Below, one piece after another: positions 52,028-59,797 of a stretch of DNA of 64,000 nucleotides; within the stretch, counting starts at the first letter, position 1; each line of letters opens with the position of its first letter. Source of the DNA: a virus. The notes below the pieces were generated by a model. The model had not been told where the DNA came from, ran no database searches, and saw only the letters and a program-made list of their open reading frames with translations. The translations under genes were made by a program, and so were the position numbers. The stretch covers positions 56,105-120,104 of the IMG/VR virus record IMGVR_UViG_3300028025_003904; one strand, 5' to 3'.

Positions 52028-52282
52028 TTAATTATTTTCATCTTTTTTTGCAATAATTTCCAAGTCACCTTGAACCATTACTTTCCTCCCATACACATCA
52101 TCAAATACTATACCACGACCATATACCCTAAAAGAATTGGCGTAATATCGTTTTCCGTTTTCCGATGTGATTTCATACTTTGCTTTATCCGTTTTACCAG
52201 GTATTGCAAATGCAAGTGCCGCTACCATTGACATAACCACCAATGCTCCAAAAATTGCTAATCCGCTTTTAAATGTTGCCAT
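52028..52282 (-). CDS. Small protein with N-terminal hydrophobic helix/signal
   Basis: Probable start MATFK, followed by hydrophobic LAIFGALVVMSMVAALAFAI. Confidence 0.65.
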   Translation of the reverse strand: MATFKSGLAIFGALVVMSMVAALAFAIPGKTDKAKYEITSENGKRYYANSFRVYGRGIVFDDVYGRKVMVQGDLEIIAKKDENN

Positions 52283-52406
52283 CTTTATCAAAATTTTTAA
52301 AATCGTTAATTAAATAAACTAAACCACCAACAAATAGTGATGATAATAAGAAGAGATATACTCCATCTACTACATAATCCATTGTACTATAAATGTATCC
52401 TAACAT
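52269..52406 (-). CDS. 45-aa single-pass membrane protein (not in ORF track)
   Basis: Hand translation MLGYIYSTMDYVVDGVYLFLLSSLFVGGLVYLINDFKNFDKDGNI. It fills the gap and has the same AATAATAAAACTATG start context as 52667. Confidence 0.6.
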   Translation of the reverse strand: MLGYIYSTMDYVVDGVYLFLLSSLFVGGLVYLINDFKNFDKDGNI

Positions 52407-52424
52407 AGTTTTATTATTTTAAGT

Positions 52425-52667
52425 TTAAAAGAAAAATGCATTCCAAACACACTCAACAGGCCGTTGATACCTTTCACCAGCTCTATGATTATGTTGGGCA
52501 GAGAATGAATGGGATGGATAAATAGATTTAACTACCTCCATTGTACACGTCCCAGCGTACTCATTAATACCTATCAGTTTTGCTCGTAAGGTTGGAGAGA
52601 AGTTCTCTGGTGTATCTTCACCTACTACCTTAACTAAATCCGTAATCTTACTATCTGAATATCTCAT
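52425..52667 (-). CDS. Hypothetical protein
   Basis: 80-aa ORF in the island. Confidence 0.65.
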   Translation of the reverse strand: MRYSDSKITDLVKVVGEDTPENFSPTLRAKLIGINEYAGTCTMEVVKSIYPSHSFSAQHNHRAGERYQRPVECVWNAFFF

Positions 52668-52674
52668 AGTTTTA

Positions 52675-52863
52675 TTATTTAAAAGATTTTAAGTTCATTA
52701 TAAGAAATGCGTTGGTTTTTTTGTAAACGCCAGATGAAACACAATGGTTAGCAAACATTACATCGTTTTTTGTGATAGTGTTTATAATGTGTGATTTGCT
52801 TAAAAAGTCAAAACCACCGGTCAGAGCCTTAATATAATTTTCAAAGTTTGTAAATCGTTTCAT
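52675..52863 (-). CDS. Hypothetical protein
   Basis: 62-aa ORF behind the promoter at 52895-52926. Confidence 0.6.
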   Translation of the reverse strand: MKRFTNFENYIKALTGGFDFLSKSHIINTITKNDVMFANHCVSSGVYKKTNAFLIMNLKSFK

Positions 52864-52894
52864 AATAAAGTATTTATGTTTAACTGATGTTTAG

Positions 52895-52926
52895 TAAAGG
52901 TAAGTAAAATAAATGAGAAAGTCAAG
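52895..52926 (-). promoter_or_regulatory. Repeated host-type early promoter (CTTG-N20-TACCTTTA)
   Basis: Copy of the island promoter repeat. Confidence 0.7.
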
Positions 52927-52942
52927 TCTTTTTTAAAATATT

Positions 52943-53125
52943 TTACAAACTATGTCCTAATTTTTTATTGATTGAAATCATATGTTTACAAGGTGAATAT
53001 CTACGAAACTCTCTAGCTTCACAATTACAACCTGTAATCTTCCAATCTTCAACTATTACTTTGTAGTACTTTAACTTTCCAGTCTTTTTATCTCTACTAC
53101 CCATTTCTGTATAAAACCACTTCAT
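52943..53125 (-). CDS. SWIM zinc-finger protein
   Basis: CNC...........CKH (CxC-xn-CxH). Confidence 0.75.
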   Translation of the reverse strand: MKWFYTEMGSRDKKTGKLKYYKVIVEDWKITGCNCEAREFRRYSPCKHMISINKKLGHSL

Positions 53126-53136
53126 ATTTTTGTTGT

Positions 53137-53196
53137 TTAATAACCTAACATTTTTAAAACTCGCAACCCAAAAAAAATCAAATCTAAAATTTTCAT
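53137..53196 (-). CDS. Possible 19-aa peptide MKILDLIFFGLRVLKMLGY
   Basis: First ATG downstream of the promoter at 53219-53250; hand translated. Confidence 0.35.
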   Translation of the reverse strand: MKILDLIFFGLRVLKMLGY

Positions 53197-53218
53197 ATCT
53201 TTAACTCTTATTACATAG

Positions 53219-53250
53219 TAAAGGTAAGTAAAAATAATGAGAATGTCAAG
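53219..53250 (-). promoter_or_regulatory. Repeated host-type early promoter (CTTG-N20-TACCTTTA)
   Basis: Copy of the island promoter repeat. Confidence 0.7.
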
Positions 53251-53276
53251 TCTTTTTTTAATTATTTTTTAGACAT

Positions 53277-53301
53277 AAAAAAACCCACCGAAGTGGGTTT
53301 T
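53277..53301 (-). terminator. Rho-independent terminator with cUUCGg tetraloop
   Basis: Minus strand AAAACCCAC-TTCG-GTGGGTTTTTTT. Confidence 0.85.
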
Positions 53302-53319
53302 AATATTTTGTAAGTTTAG

Positions 53320-53556
53320 TTATTCTAATATAATAACTGCTCCAGATGAAATTGTTAAATATACTGGATAACAAGGAAATATTTGATGATTATCAATTGA
53401 TGTTAAATTTATAACACCACCACCTGCTAATGCTACACTACCACTTGGATTTCCTTCTCCTCTCATTACACCCCATACATTTGGGTAATCAGTTCCTTTT
53501 CCTAATGCAACCGAACCACTTACGGTTGATACTTTATATGCTCTATAATCTGCCAT
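53320..53556 (-). CDS. Small beta-rich protein, possible head decoration
   Basis: 78-aa ORF in the late operon downstream of the capsid gene. Confidence 0.6.
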   Translation of the reverse strand: MADYRAYKVSTVSGSVALGKGTDYPNVWGVMRGEGNPSGSVALAGGGVINLTSIDNHQIFPCYPVYLTISSGAVIILE

Positions 53557-53582
53557 TTTATTTTTATTTAATTAGTTTATTT

Positions 53583-54449
53583 TTATGCTCCACAAGGTGC
53601 AGTAGATATGATTTCACCTTGACTACCACTTACTTCAAATTTAATTGAACCATCTCCATCAAGTCTATACCAACTAGGTTCTGCTGGCATCCATGCATCT
53701 GAATTTTGATATAATCTATTGCCAACTTCTATTGCCGAGCCACTTACAATATATTGTGTGATTGTATATGTACTAGCACATATATCAGCTTCAAGTAATT
53801 CTTTTGCTAATGTCAACATAGTATGATTACCATTGGTAACATCAATGCTCCAACCTCTTGCATTAAGAACAAAAAGTGATTCTCTTCCTATTTGGCCAGG
53901 TGTTGCGTTAGTTCCAGTCTCATTATTATTATCAAGTTGAATATATCCGTTTGACATACTGCCACTAGCTAATTCTAAAAGAATATTATCTACTGCGGTT
54001 TGAGTTAAAGCACAATTATTAAGTAATATTTCAGTATTATTATCACTCAATGGTTGAGTTCTTGATATAATTACTTCGGTTAATTCGGTGTTACCATTCA
54101 TATCAAACCCTTCCAATGCAGGTAAGTTGGATAAATCTACCGAACCTACTAAATTATTTTGGTCAAAATCAAAATATCGTAAAGAAGTACAATCTGATAA
54201 ATCAGGAAATCCAGCTGAAAAATCATTATCGTCTATATAAAGAGATTGTAATGATGTACATCCACTTAAATCAATAGATGCTAAACAATTTGCACCACCC
54301 ACAACTGCATCTTGGTCACTCACATCTACATAGGTAAGATTGGTTAATCCAGATAAATCAATTGATGTTAAAAAACTCCAATCTGCTCTAAAATCTTGTA
54401 TATTTGTTAGGTTTTGTAAACCTGTTATTGATGTTAATCCTGCTCCCAT
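53583..54449 (-). CDS. Leucine-rich repeat protein
   Basis: LTSIDLSGLTNLTYVDV, LQSLYIDDN and LRYFDFDQNNL repeats. Confidence 0.8.
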   Translation of the reverse strand: MGAGLTSITGLQNLTNIQDFRADWSFLTSIDLSGLTNLTYVDVSDQDAVVGGANCLASIDLSGCTSLQSLYIDDNDFSAGFPDLSDCTSLRYFDFDQNNLVGSVDLSNLPALEGFDMNGNTELTEVIISRTQPLSDNNTEILLNNCALTQTAVDNILLELASGSMSNGYIQLDNNNETGTNATPGQIGRESLFVLNARGWSIDVTNGNHTMLTLAKELLEADICASTYTITQYIVSGSAIEVGNRLYQNSDAWMPAEPSWYRLDGDGSIKFEVSGSQGEIISTAPCGA

Positions 54450-54461
54450 ATTATTTTTATT

Positions 54462-54920
54462 TTAATCGTCTCCTGTGAAATCTAATTCAGTTACTAAACT
54501 TATATCGTCAAAACACAATCTAGCAGTATATTCTGTATTTTCATCTGCGTAAGTATGGTCGATAGTTATACCACCATCTACTACATCAGTAACTTCCGTT
54601 CCATCACCCCATGTTATTGTATAGTTAGTAGGACCAGATGTTGTAATACCGATTTCCGAATAAGTTCCATTTTTTGTATTGTTTACAAATTCGATACATC
54701 CGGAAGGTAAATCACCTTGTTCTTGTTGTTGTCTACGTCCACCGCTACCAACTGCAGATACATCATTTGCATTATTGTATTGTTGTTGTCTAAATAATTG
54801 TTCAGCTATTATTTGCTGATTGTATGCCTCATATTCCGCAATTTGTCTGTTAAGCGGCATGGTTGCTATATGCGGTAAGCTACTAAATTGTCTCCAATTA
54901 AGACCATCTATTATTATCAT
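54462..54920 (-). CDS. Protein with C-terminal PKD-like domain
   Basis: YTITWGDGT...HTYAD motif. Confidence 0.7.
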   Translation of the reverse strand: MIIIDGLNWRQFSSLPHIATMPLNRQIAEYEAYNQQIIAEQLFRQQQYNNANDVSAVGSGGRRQQQEQGDLPSGCIEFVNNTKNGTYSEIGITTSGPTNYTITWGDGTEVTDVVDGGITIDHTYADENTEYTARLCFDDISLVTELDFTGDD

Positions 54921-54944
54921 AATGTATTATATTGTATTATCCCT

Positions 54945-54953
54945 TATAAATAT
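54945..54953 (-). promoter_or_regulatory. Putative late promoter ATATTTATA (PKD/LRR operon)
   Basis: Recurrent intergenic 9-mer just after the capsid terminator. Confidence 0.65.
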
Positions 54954-54970
54954 ATAGTTTTCCAATAAAC

Positions 54971-55003
54971 AAAAAAAAAGAGAGGATTTCTCCTCTCTCT
55001 TTT
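54971..55003 (-). terminator. Rho-independent terminator after major capsid gene
   Basis: AGAGAGGA/TCCTCTCT stem with a long T-run on the minus strand. Confidence 0.8.
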
Positions 55004-55026
55004 CAATCTATCCGTTTTAGATAAAA

Positions 55027-56673
55027 TTAGATGTTAGCCAAGCCTTCAACTAAAATCTTACCATAAAATTCTGGTCTCACGAGCTTCTTCGCGTAACGAG
55101 TCATAACACCTCTACGTGGAGTAAAGTTATCTGGGTCATACACTAATGGAGTCAAGATTAAAGGTACATATGGAGCATAAACCGCACCAGTCTCAAGGAA
55201 GTTATTTCCTTTGTAACCCAATAAGATTTCGTTAGAAGTCATGTAAGGGTTTTTGTAAACTGTGTAACGATTAGCCAATGAACCTACTTGAGTTACACCT
55301 GCTGCAAATTGTTTAGCATCTTTATCAGCGTTTACAGAGAAAGCTGGGATTGATTCTAAAATAGTACAAACGTCTGGAGAAGCAACGATAAAGTTAGCTC
55401 CACCACGCATTGTCAATTGGTGAATCTTGTTAGATACTTTGTTTAATTTAGTTCCTAAAGTCTGGAACCAAGTGTTTTTAGTGTAAGCACTTGCGTTAGC
55501 TGAATCAGAATCAACTGCGAATGCCGAACCATTCCACTCATTACCAATCTTTGTAGACCAATATTCAGTAGTTAATGCATTTCCTTTCAATAAATCCAAG
55601 ATTTCCAAGTCAATCTCTAAAGAGATATATTCAGATAACATAGCAGTCAATTCAGCTTCTGCATCAATTGAGTGATATGCGTTCAAATCTTGTGCTAATT
55701 CTGGAGTCCACACTGCTTTCAACTTACGAGTTTTAGCAACGATTGCTTCAGATTTCAATTCTAAATCTACTTGAGGAATGTTCAAGTTAGTACCACCTGA
55801 TGGGTTGTTGATAGGGTCTCTATCTTCGAAATCACCACGAGATGTTGCAGTTGGTTGTACTGAATATACTAAACCAATAGTTGCAGCAGTTGAACCTGAA
55901 GCCAATACTGATGAACTTACGATTAACGAAACTTGTCCGTTAGAAGAGTAAGTAGTCAATGCTGGGTAGTAAGTGTTGATTGAACCAGAAGTTCCACCTT
56001 GCAATGAACCAGATACATAGAATGAACGTACTGCGTTAGTATCAGCAGATAATGCTGCAACTGAAGCAGATGCTAAAGTAATTTTGTACAAGTTACCAGC
56101 AGAAACTGAAGCTGATAAAGATGAATCAAAATTGATGTCAGCTAAAGAAGTAACTTTAGTTGCGTTAGCGAAAGATACGATAGCAGATTGGTCATTAACC
56201 GAATATGCATAACGTCCTTCACCATAAAGACCATTTACAGGTGCATTAGTTGAACCTAACTTCGCTGCAGATGTTCCACCATATAAAGATGTGCTAGATG
56301 CATCACCATATCCTTTTCCAGTTGAACCATATTTGAAGTCCATGTAGAAAATCAAACCCGATGGTAAGTTCATTGGTTGAACCGAAACAAATTCCTTTGC
56401 TGCGATTTCACCAAAGATACGACGTACCAAAGGTAAAGCTACACCAGACCATTCTTCAGAACCACCTGAAAAACCTGTCTTTGTAGTCTCATCTAATAAT
56501 TGTTTTGCTTGGTTTTCTAAAATTACAGCCATTCCGTGCTCTTCAGTTGCACCAGTTAAGCCTTCTAATAAACCAGTTTTTTCCCACTTGTTTTTCAACC
56601 CGCGAGTTTGCTCAAGCATAACCGCAGTTGGGTTTTTGCCTTCCATTAATTTGTTTAAATTAAATTGTGCCAT
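55027..56673 (-). CDS. Major capsid protein (T4 gp23-like)
   Basis: KW..TGLLEG, ILENQ, VSVQPM..PSGLIFY, AKTRKLKA.WT.ELAQDL.AYH..DAEAEL, YAPYVPL and PRRGVMTRYA. Confidence 0.95.
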   Translation of the reverse strand: MAQFNLNKLMEGKNPTAVMLEQTRGLKNKWEKTGLLEGLTGATEEHGMAVILENQAKQLLDETTKTGFSGGSEEWSGVALPLVRRIFGEIAAKEFVSVQPMNLPSGLIFYMDFKYGSTGKGYGDASSTSLYGGTSAAKLGSTNAPVNGLYGEGRYAYSVNDQSAIVSFANATKVTSLADINFDSSLSASVSAGNLYKITLASASVAALSADTNAVRSFYVSGSLQGGTSGSINTYYPALTTYSSNGQVSLIVSSSVLASGSTAATIGLVYSVQPTATSRGDFEDRDPINNPSGGTNLNIPQVDLELKSEAIVAKTRKLKAVWTPELAQDLNAYHSIDAEAELTAMLSEYISLEIDLEILDLLKGNALTTEYWSTKIGNEWNGSAFAVDSDSANASAYTKNTWFQTLGTKLNKVSNKIHQLTMRGGANFIVASPDVCTILESIPAFSVNADKDAKQFAAGVTQVGSLANRYTVYKNPYMTSNEILLGYKGNNFLETGAVYAPYVPLILTPLVYDPDNFTPRRGVMTRYAKKLVRPEFYGKILVEGLANI

Positions 56674-56693
56674 TTGTTTTTGTTCCTTATTTG

Positions 56694-57890
56694 TTATTTA
56701 ATTAATCCTGCTAATTGTTTAAATCTATCAGAGTAAGCAGAATTTTCGCTGATGATTTGTTTTTTAACACCTGTACTCTTTTGTGGTTTAGAAGCTCCTT
56801 CAGTAATTCTCTTTACAGATTGTACTTTCTTAACACTTCCACCCATCTTCATAGATTCGGCGATTGTTGAGTAAACCAATTTCACTTCACGAATTGTTCC
56901 AGTTCTATCGAATGAATCAATAACTTTTGTTTTTTGTTCGTTAGTCAAATTGTATCCTCTAAATAATTTGTTAGAATATAAAAGTTTAGCGTTCAATAAG
57001 TTAATCTCATTGATTGTAGACTTCAAAGTTTTGATTACAGATATTGCTTGTCTCAATTCATTTTTCAATGATTTTGCTTCTGCTACTGCTGCTTTCTCTT
57101 CTTCTTCTGCTGCTTCTTCGTCTTCTAATTCTTTGATGATAGATTCGATGTTTAATTCTTCTTCACCATCTTCTTCTTCACCTTCTTCCATTTCAGAAGC
57201 TTCTTCGTCTTCACCATATCCTTCTAATTTAGCTATTTCTTTTCTTAATTCAGCGATTTTTTCTGCGTTAGGATTTTCTTCTTCTTCATCTTCTTCCGAA
57301 ATTGATGAATCTGAATCATCTGCGTTCATGTAAGTATCAACATCATCTGCATCTTCTTCCATTTCATCATCTGCTCCTAATTCGTCTTCTAATTCACGAA
57401 TAATAGCTTCTAAATCTAAATCATCTTCAGATGGAGCTTCCATAGAATCATCTTCCATATCTTCACCTTCTTCCATTTCAGCTGCATCTTCCGCTGCATC
57501 TTCCATTGAATCTTCGTCTTCTTCTTCTGTGATTGATTTAGCGAAATCATAATCTTCAACCTCATCCTCTGGCTTACCAGAAGTTTTAGTTACGTCTGCT
57601 GCACCTAACTCATCTTCATCAGCTGCTGAATCTAATGTTGGTTGTGCACCACCTCCAATGTTAGAAGAACTTAATTCTTCTTCCATTTTATCTTCTTCTT
57701 CCTCTTCTCCCTCATGCATTTCGTCATCAGCTTCCATATCTTCAGCTTCTGCACGCAATTTTTGAGAAAGAATTGACTTCAAACGAGGAGTAAATGCTTC
57801 CTCTAATTGAAGTTTTGCGTTTGCTAATGCAGTTTCTCTTACAGCTTTAGCATCGGCGATTGCTTCTTTTAACAATTTTGAACTTGCCAT
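56694..57890 (-). CDS. Prohead core / scaffolding protein (gp22-like)
   Basis: Very acidic centre, coiled-coil EINLLNAKLLY.NKLF and end R.KQLAGL. Immediately upstream of the capsid gene. Confidence 0.8.
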   Translation of the reverse strand: MASSKLLKEAIADAKAVRETALANAKLQLEEAFTPRLKSILSQKLRAEAEDMEADDEMHEGEEEEEDKMEEELSSSNIGGGAQPTLDSAADEDELGAADVTKTSGKPEDEVEDYDFAKSITEEEDEDSMEDAAEDAAEMEEGEDMEDDSMEAPSEDDLDLEAIIRELEDELGADDEMEEDADDVDTYMNADDSDSSISEEDEEEENPNAEKIAELRKEIAKLEGYGEDEEASEMEEGEEEDGEEELNIESIIKELEDEEAAEEEEKAAVAEAKSLKNELRQAISVIKTLKSTINEINLLNAKLLYSNKLFRGYNLTNEQKTKVIDSFDRTGTIREVKLVYSTIAESMKMGGSVKKVQSVKRITEGASKPQKSTGVKKQIISENSAYSDRFKQLAGLIK

Positions 57891-58058
57891 TTTTTATACT
57901 TGATTTTTTCTAAACCCATTGATTTCGGGTCTAATAGAATTTTGTTAGATTTTCGGTGAGTTTATATAAGGATAAACTATTCATCAACTAACAGGATATT
58001 AACCAAATGATATTGGTATTACATTATATAGATATATACTTTTTAAAAAAAAAGTAAA

Positions 58059-58301
58059 TTATTTATATAAACTACGAAATTTTTTTGGTATTTCTTTTAA
58101 TTTTTTACCTCTGTAAAGGTCTTTTTGCTGAACCAATTGTTTTCTTTCAGCTTTTTCCATCATTTCTCTTTTAGTAACGGATGGTTTAGTAAATTGTTGT
58201 CTATCTCTTAATTCTTTAACAACACCAATTGCATCAAACTTTTTCTTTAATTTTTTTAATGCTCCAGCAATATTGCCGTCTTTTACTTCAATGTTAATCA
58301 T
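58059..58301 (-). CDS. rpsU: Phage-encoded 30S ribosomal protein bS21
   Basis: I.VKDGNI..ALKKLKKK....GV.KELRDRQ.F.KPSV.KR matches the bS21 pattern. Confidence 0.9.
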   Translation of the reverse strand: MINIEVKDGNIAGALKKLKKKFDAIGVVKELRDRQQFTKPSVTKREMMEKAERKQLVQQKDLYRGKKLKEIPKKFRSLYK

Positions 58302-58305
58302 AACT

Positions 58306-58668
58306 TTACTTTTGTTCTACTTTAGTATAACGTTGATTTTTATCGTTTTGTATTCTTTTCTTTGTTGATTTTACTTTATCATAAGATGGAGCACCATTGA
58401 TATATCCACCGGGTAGGGATAAACCTACACCGGCTCCACCGGGAAACCCATCTTCTTTAACCATAGACTCTGAACAACCGATTGCATCATAGAACTTACT
58501 ATAATCAAACTTTATTCCTTCATCTTTGAATTGTCTTACCATATTATCAGCAATAGATTTACGATTTTCTACATCTAATACTTGATTTAGAATATCAACA
58601 ATACCATCTACCATTTGGTATTCGTTATTGTCTAACTTTTCTTTTAATATAGTTTTTAACTTTATCAT
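58306..58668 (-). CDS. Putative internal head protein (MIKLKTILKE start)
   Basis: Shared N-terminal motif; in the head operon. Confidence 0.65.
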   Translation of the reverse strand: MIKLKTILKEKLDNNEYQMVDGIVDILNQVLDVENRKSIADNMVRQFKDEGIKFDYSKFYDAIGCSESMVKEDGFPGGAGVGLSLPGGYINGAPSYDKVKSTKKRIQNDKNQRYTKVEQK

Positions 58669-59492
58669 TACAATTTGTTAAATAATTTATCAGTATCAAT
58701 GTCAAATGCATATCCAGCACCAGCGTGTCTTCTATCTTGCTCCAATGATATACCCAATTTTTTTTCTAAACGGGTTTGTAGAGATTTAATAAACTCTTCT
58801 TTACTACTTTTATTTATTATAGTATCAATTTTTTCTATTTCTTTTCTTGATTGTGGTAGTAAAACAATATTTTTGTTTGGAGATGATACATAAAATGAAA
58901 CACCACCTACTTGCGCAAAATCTAACTTTGTAGTTGCTTCTTCTATTACCTCTTCTTTAACTTGCGGTTTGAATGCAGTATGGTATGGATTGGAATAAAC
59001 AACTCCTTGTTCAAACGATATACCTTCTTTTTTTAAAGTTCTTTTTTTAAGAATTATTTGTTGGATTTGTGAAAATATAGATTGTATATCTTTATCCAAT
59101 TGCTTTTCTTCTGGACTCATCGGTGTTGTCATATCAACATTTGAGTAAAGTTTTTTCTTTTTAGCAATTAATACATCTACTTTTTTAATTAAATCGTTTT
59201 TTACTTTATCCAAGTCTTTTACGATTTCAGGTGCAGTTTCTTCTTTTACATATCCTTTGGATGTGTAATCTTTTCTTGCTTTTAAATAATCAGTTTTATT
59301 TTTCTTTATATATGAAAGTAATTCTGCAGTTGTATCAAATGATTTTTGACCTGAACCTTTTATGTTGTCAATCCAAAATGAGTCAGAGTCTCTATCGTAT
59401 GAGTAATCACCAACTTTTTTGCCATCTAATGTTATTACACTTTTTTCGGCTTTCCAAGTCTCTTCTTTTAAGAATTTATTTAACTTTATCAT
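58668..59492 (-). CDS. Putative internal head protein (MIKLNKFLKEE start)
   Basis: Start moved to ATG 59492 (TAATG coupling); shared motif. Confidence 0.65.
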   Translation of the reverse strand: MIKLNKFLKEETWKAEKSVITLDGKKVGDYSYDRDSDSFWIDNIKGSGQKSFDTTAELLSYIKKNKTDYLKARKDYTSKGYVKEETAPEIVKDLDKVKNDLIKKVDVLIAKKKKLYSNVDMTTPMSPEEKQLDKDIQSIFSQIQQIILKKRTLKKEGISFEQGVVYSNPYHTAFKPQVKEEVIEEATTKLDFAQVGGVSFYVSSPNKNIVLLPQSRKEIEKIDTIINKSSKEEFIKSLQTRLEKKLGISLEQDRRHAGAGYAFDIDTDKLFNKL

Positions 59493-59782
59493 TATCCTAT
59501 ATAGCAATTAAGTTCGTATCCGTTTTTCATTCCGTATACCTGAATATGCAATTGTTTGTTTGTTGGTTTATCACCTTTAGTCAATTCAACAGAAACTTTA
59601 ACAGTCTTTCCTTCCGATGGTTTACGGGGTCCCATTCCTATCTTTCTAAATGAGTCATCATCATCTACCATATATCCCTTCTTCAAAGCATATTCTTTGG
59701 CAGTTTGAATTGCTTCCGTATATGATTTGTGATATACTTTGAAATCGGTTGCTTCGCTTAATAAATCGTTTAACTTTATCAT
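59492..59782 (-). CDS. Putative internal head protein (MIKLNDLLSE start)
   Basis: Shared N-terminal motif. Confidence 0.65.
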   Translation of the reverse strand: MIKLNDLLSEATDFKVYHKSYTEAIQTAKEYALKKGYMVDDDDSFRKIGMGPRKPSEGKTVKVSVELTKGDKPTNKQLHIQVYGMKNGYELNCYIG

Positions 59783-59797
59783 CTTATTTTTTTATTA

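Noticed and set aside
56950-57740. TCTTCTTC-rich low-complexity tract and antisense Ser-rich ORF
   Set aside because: Explained by Glu/Asp codons of the acidic scaffold on the minus strand.
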